Of a stretch of DNA of 44,537 bases, positions 40,546-44,537 are shown one piece after another; the stretch's first letter is position 1; every line of letters starts with the position of its first letter. Source of the stretch: an uncultured delta proteobacterium. GTDB lineage: Bacteria > Desulfobacterota > WTBG01 > CAIYCZ01. The notes under the pieces are model-generated. The model was given only the letters and a program-made list of their open reading frames with translations. It was not told the DNA's origin and searched no databases. The stretch is taken from NCBI GenBank assembly GCA_963803975.1, contig CAWDOY010000052.1:1-44537 (forward strand), written 5' to 3'. A program made the position numbers and the translations under genes.

Positions 40546-40826
40546 GGCTTTTGTGCTTCAGGAAAAAACGACCCCGTCTCATCAAACTCTGCAACCTTCA
40601 GGGGACGGTCTTGGGCAAACAGCGTAAGTATCTGACCGATGGTATAGGCATTGCCTTTGAGCAGCAGTTTGCAATGGTCAACGCGGCAGCTGGTAAGGCG
40701 GGTTTCGCCTTTCTCCAGGATTACCAGACAATCCCTGAAATCACAGTTTTCAAACTGTTTGCCGTCAAGCTCAACCTTCTCGCTGGTAAAGGTTTTATTT
40801 TTAAAAGTAATGCTGTAGTTTGACAT
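40542..40826 (-). CDS. Hypothetical protein
   Basis: 94-aa ORF, VELDGKQFENCDFRDC repeat-like motif; overlaps the next gene by 4 nt. Confidence 0.7.
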   Translation of the reverse strand: MSNYSITFKNKTFTSEKVELDGKQFENCDFRDCLVILEKGETRLTSCRVDHCKLLLKGNAYTIGQILTLFAQDRPLKVAEFDETGSFFPEAQKP

Positions 40827-40922
40827 AAAAATATTAGTTAAGCCGTTAAGGAGTATGAGGAGTGGTGGAGTTTGTTACAGTACAACTCATTCAACTCGCA
40901 ACTCTTAAACTCCGCAACTTCT

Positions 40923-41759
40923 TTACATGATCGTTTTTTTAGTGAGCGTGGTGAGTGCCTTCCACATTTCATCAGGAGCCGAGCAGGCAAGCAGCTTGTC
41001 CCGGGCCTCGGTTTCACGAAAGGTCTCCATGATCCCGGCAATGAGCTGCAGATAAAAGGCGCTGGCAGCAAAGGGAATGACAATAAAAAATATAATCCGC
41101 GTCAGCCGGTCCCTGGGCGCGCCAAACTTTATGCCCTGTTTTTTCATTCCCAGAGAAAAGATCAGCCCGCCACCTTCAACACCACGCACATGGGGAAAAG
41201 CAAGCCCGTGCTCCACAGCAGTGGGGACGATTGCTTCCCGGTTGAGTGCAGCTGAAAGCAGGCTCTCCGGATTCTCGATGAATCCCTCGCTGGCCATAAT
41301 GCCGATCAGCTCTGAAAGCCCATCTTCACGGTTTTTTGCTTCAAGATTGGGAATCATGAGCTGGCTTGATGAAAACCGGGCAATACCTGCGGTCGGCTTC
41401 TCGCTGGGCTTGGTGATCCGTTTCAGCTGGCGCGGAGAGCCTTCCCTGGCATAGATAATGCGGGTGCAGCGGGGGCATTGCATAATTTCTTTGGTAACAT
41501 GAACTTCATAGGCAAGAGATGTCGGCAGTGTTACGCCGCAGCCTGAACAGCTGCCACCGGTTACCGGCACCACGGCTGTTGAGTACCGGGCATGAAGCGT
41601 CGCAAAAAGCTGTAAAAGGGGTCTGGGCAAGTTTTTCGACAGAGCTTTGATAGAATCTTCAAGCTCTATCAGGAATGTGTCTGCAAGCAGTGCCTGCTGT
41701 TCGGCCAGGGTGAAATTGAGGTCCTGCAACTGGATTAACTGGTTCAGTAATTTGTTCAT
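40923..41759 (-). CDS. C4 zinc-ribbon (DUF164-like) fused to PTS EIIA (Fru/Ntr type)
   Basis: L..LQDL N-terminus; AVVPV.GGSCSGC...IMQCPRCTRII; REAIVPTAVEHGLAFPHVR. Confidence 0.85.
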   Translation of the reverse strand: MNKLLNQLIQLQDLNFTLAEQQALLADTFLIELEDSIKALSKNLPRPLLQLFATLHARYSTAVVPVTGGSCSGCGVTLPTSLAYEVHVTKEIMQCPRCTRIIYAREGSPRQLKRITKPSEKPTAGIARFSSSQLMIPNLEAKNREDGLSELIGIMASEGFIENPESLLSAALNREAIVPTAVEHGLAFPHVRGVEGGGLIFSLGMKKQGIKFGAPRDRLTRIIFFIVIPFAASAFYLQLIAGIMETFRETEARDKLLACSAPDEMWKALTTLTKKTIM

Positions 41760-42139
41760 GGCACTTTTTCTCCTTAACGGTTATGCAGCGAGGCCTAATA
41801 TTTTCGTCTCTGTGTACCCCTCACTATTCAAAATAATGAATATGGAGAAAATTATCAAGATAAAACTCTTGCAGGACTTTCCCTAAAATTAAGGCATAGA
41901 AAACCGGCGCAGTTGAAGGTAAAAGAGGTGAAGAGGTATTTAATCTTTTAGCCTTTACTGGGCACCCGCCTGCGCTAAAGCTACGGCGGGCAAGCGAGCC
42001 ACTAATCCCGAGTTCCTCCCCCCTGCGCTCTGGTAATGCCAGCACTATAAATTTTGGGGAACGTCCTGAAAACTCTTGAACAATGTTGGAAGTGTTCTCA
42101 TGGCGGGAATGATGAGGAATGCTTAAAAAGAGAAGGAAA

Positions 42140-42185
42140 CATAAAGCCGCCAACAGGTCTAATAGTTCCTGAAGGCGGCTTTATG
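42140..42185. other. Strong stem-loop in a long AT-rich divergent intergenic region
   Basis: CATAAAGCCGCC / GGCGGCTTTATG with inner CAGG/CCTG. Confidence 0.5.
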
Positions 42186-42495
42186 CAGCCCCTGGGGTTC
42201 CCCCCCTCATCTATTTATTACGGTATAATTACGATAAATTATGGAATGATTATCCGGGAGTTGGGGCCAAATGTCAATAACCCAAAAAGGTTAGTTTCCA
42301 GACTATTTTATATTAGTTTTTGAAATAAAATTTATTAGATGTGGTTAATGCAATTTTTATCGGGGAAAATATTTGAACTGGGGTTATTGCTATGAAGAAA
42401 ATTAAATAAAATATTTATATTGTTCAATAAATAAACATACTTTATATTGATATAAAAATATAATCAGACATCTATCAACAGGAGCTAAAACTATT

Positions 42496-43463
42496 ATGCA
42501 GTGCGCGCTGAAAACCATTCCCCTCCATTCCATATCCATCGAGGATAGAACATTTGTTATCACCACGGACAGGAATAATAAATTGCTGCAGAATTCTATC
42601 GAACGGGTTGGCTTGTTATACCCTCCCTATCTTTATTATAATAACAATGCGCAATATTATCAGATCGTATGCGGCTTGAGACGAATTAAAGCGTGCATCA
42701 CGGCCGGCTGGAAGGATATCACCGCGCACATTATTGATCCGGGCAGTGATGAAAAGGAACTGTTTCTTCTCAGCCTTTATGACAACCTCTCACACCGGGT
42801 GCTCAATCCCGTAGAGCAGGCCCGGGCAGCGCTTAGGCTGCTTGCCTATGATGCTGGGGACACGGTTATCAGGGAGTACCTTCCCCTCATGGGATTGCCG
42901 CCGACAGAAAAAACCCTTAACCATCTGCTCTGCGTGGCACGCCTTGACCCGGAGATTCAGGATGCCGTGGCGCAGGGCAGTCTTTGCGAAGCCGCGGCTG
43001 TAAAGCTTGCTTACCTCGAAGAAGACGACCGGAAGGCTTTGTTCGGCCTTTTCTCGCAGATACATTGCAGCGCCAGCAAACAGGAGGAAATAGTCTCGTA
43101 TTGCATGGATATCAGCCTGCGGGAGGAAACCGGGTGCAGTAAAATACTGCAGGAGCAAGAGATACAAGCAGATCATCGCGGCGGATAAGCTGTCCCTCTC
43201 GCAGAAGGGCGACCGCGTGCGTGCTCATCTTCGCAGACGGCGCTTTCCCCGGCTTTCACAACGCGAGGAAAAGTTTTTACAGCAGCGCAAAAACTTGCGC
43301 CTTCCGGGCGGGGGTGCAGCTGTTGCCGCCGCCATCTTTTGAGGGAGGCAGATTCCGCGTCGAGATAGAATTTAACCATACCGCGGATTTGCAGCAGAAA
43401 GCCGAAGCGGTGATGAGCATGGCCAATAACGGGCTGCTGCAGGACATGGTGGAGAAAACGTGA
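42496..43463 (+). CDS. ParB/Srx-like N-terminal domain protein (frameshifted near 43170-43240)
   Basis: SIERVGLLYPP..YQIVCGLRRIKA..DNLSHRVLNPVEQA; tail LLPPPSFEGG.FRVEIEF. Confidence 0.78.
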
Positions 43464-44537
43464 CACCCTATATCCCGAAAAAGATCTTCATTGAAGAGGC
43501 GGTAAAGGACCTGCCCCTGACGCGCACGGTCCTCAGCCGCTGCGCAGCTGTGCCAACGGAAATTATTCCCGGCGCCAGAGAGCTTATCCGGGAAAGCGGT
43601 GGCAGACTTCCGCGCAGCCGGATGTGCTGCTTCTGTGCCGGAACAAGGGACGCTTTATCGAGCCCTGTCCCGGCACGTCATCATATCTCTGCTGCGGTTA
43701 TACCATCCTGAATACCGGCACCGGCTGCCCGCTCGCCTGCTCCTACTGCGTGCTGCAGGCGTATCTCAACAATCCCTTCATCACCCTCTATGCAAATCTG
43801 GATGAGATGTGGGACGAGCTTGCGGCAGGCGGATGCCTGCCGCAGCAGGAGACCCTGCGTATCGGCACGGGAGAATATGGAGACAGCCTGGCTCTTGAGC
43901 ACCTGACGGATTTTATTCCCTCAATGTTTTCATTTCTCGGCACGAAACGCAATGCGGTCCTCGAGCTTAAAACCAAAACCACGCATATCGAGCCGCTTCT
44001 CGGACGGGACCATGGCGGAAAGATTATCGTGTCCTGGTCTCTGAACGCGGAAGAAATTGCACAGAGCGAGGAACACGGGGCAGCCCTGATTGCAGCCCGT
44101 ATCAAGGCTGCCGGCCGTCTTGCAGCAGAAGGCTACCGGATCGGCTTTCATTTTGACCCGCTCATCGCTTTCCCGGGGTGGGAGCAGGGATATAAGCGGA
44201 CTGTTGAGATGATAGCATCCCATGTGCCCGCCTCAGCCATCGCCTGGGTGAGCCTTGGCGCGCTGCGCTATATGCCGCAGCTGAAAGCCATCAGCCGGCA
44301 GCGGTTCAGCGCCAGCAGGATTTTTACCGGAGAATTTGTGCCCGGTCTTGACGGCAAAATGCGCTACTTCCAGCCGATCCGGGTTGAACTGTTTGCCCGG
44401 ATTGCGGCATGGCTCAGAGCGTATTCGCCGGACATCTTCATCTACCTGTGCATGGAAAGTCCGCTGGTGTGGCAGCAGGCACTCGGGTTTGCGCCATCAT
44501 CAAATGCTGACTTGAAGCGGATGCTGGATGAGAGGGT
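43460..44537 (+). CDS. Spore-photoproduct-lyase-like radical SAM protein (frameshift near 43595-43615; runs off the window)
   Basis: FIEPCPGT..YLCCGY; TGCPLACSYCVLQAY (CxxxCxxC); RIGTGEYGDSL; ELKTK; GFHFDPL; YLCMES. Confidence 0.88.

Overview
Bacterial chromosomal window of moderate GC with AT-rich islets. Gene content (tungsten AOR, rubrerythrin, multiheme cytochromes, Sec-type genes) suggests an anaerobic Desulfobacterota/deltaproteobacterium-like organism (inference). About 15 genes are split by single-base frameshifts, best explained as uncorrected long-read indels, so I reconstructed genes across frames. Highlights: (1) an envelope-targeted four-gene cluster (7984-12771): Tat-exported PLP class V C-S-lyase-like enzyme, a tandem rhodanese lipoprotein with in-frame TGA (CxxxxU), an UshA/SoxB-fold tetraheme lipoprotein with in-frame TGA (CxU), and an M19 dipeptidase lipoprotein. 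Both TGAs are followed by SECIS-like hairpins, and the ORF track misses both readthroughs. (2) A ~14-heme secreted cytochrome carrying adjacent cohesin-like and dockerin-like modules (49-3241). (3) A PerR-type oxidative-stress cluster containing a 101-aa stand-alone NrdD glycyl-radical-loop protein, possibly a YfiD-like spare part, plus an unannotated 36-aa rubredoxin-like gene and rubrerythrin. Also present: an IS256, MITE/REP-like elements, a tRNA-Ala-linked islet with 49-bp direct repeats and a truncated mutT, an HDAC-AcsA pair, a TetR-EmrAB-TolC efflux operon with a perfect operator, and a ParB-like/SplB-like pair running off the right edge.
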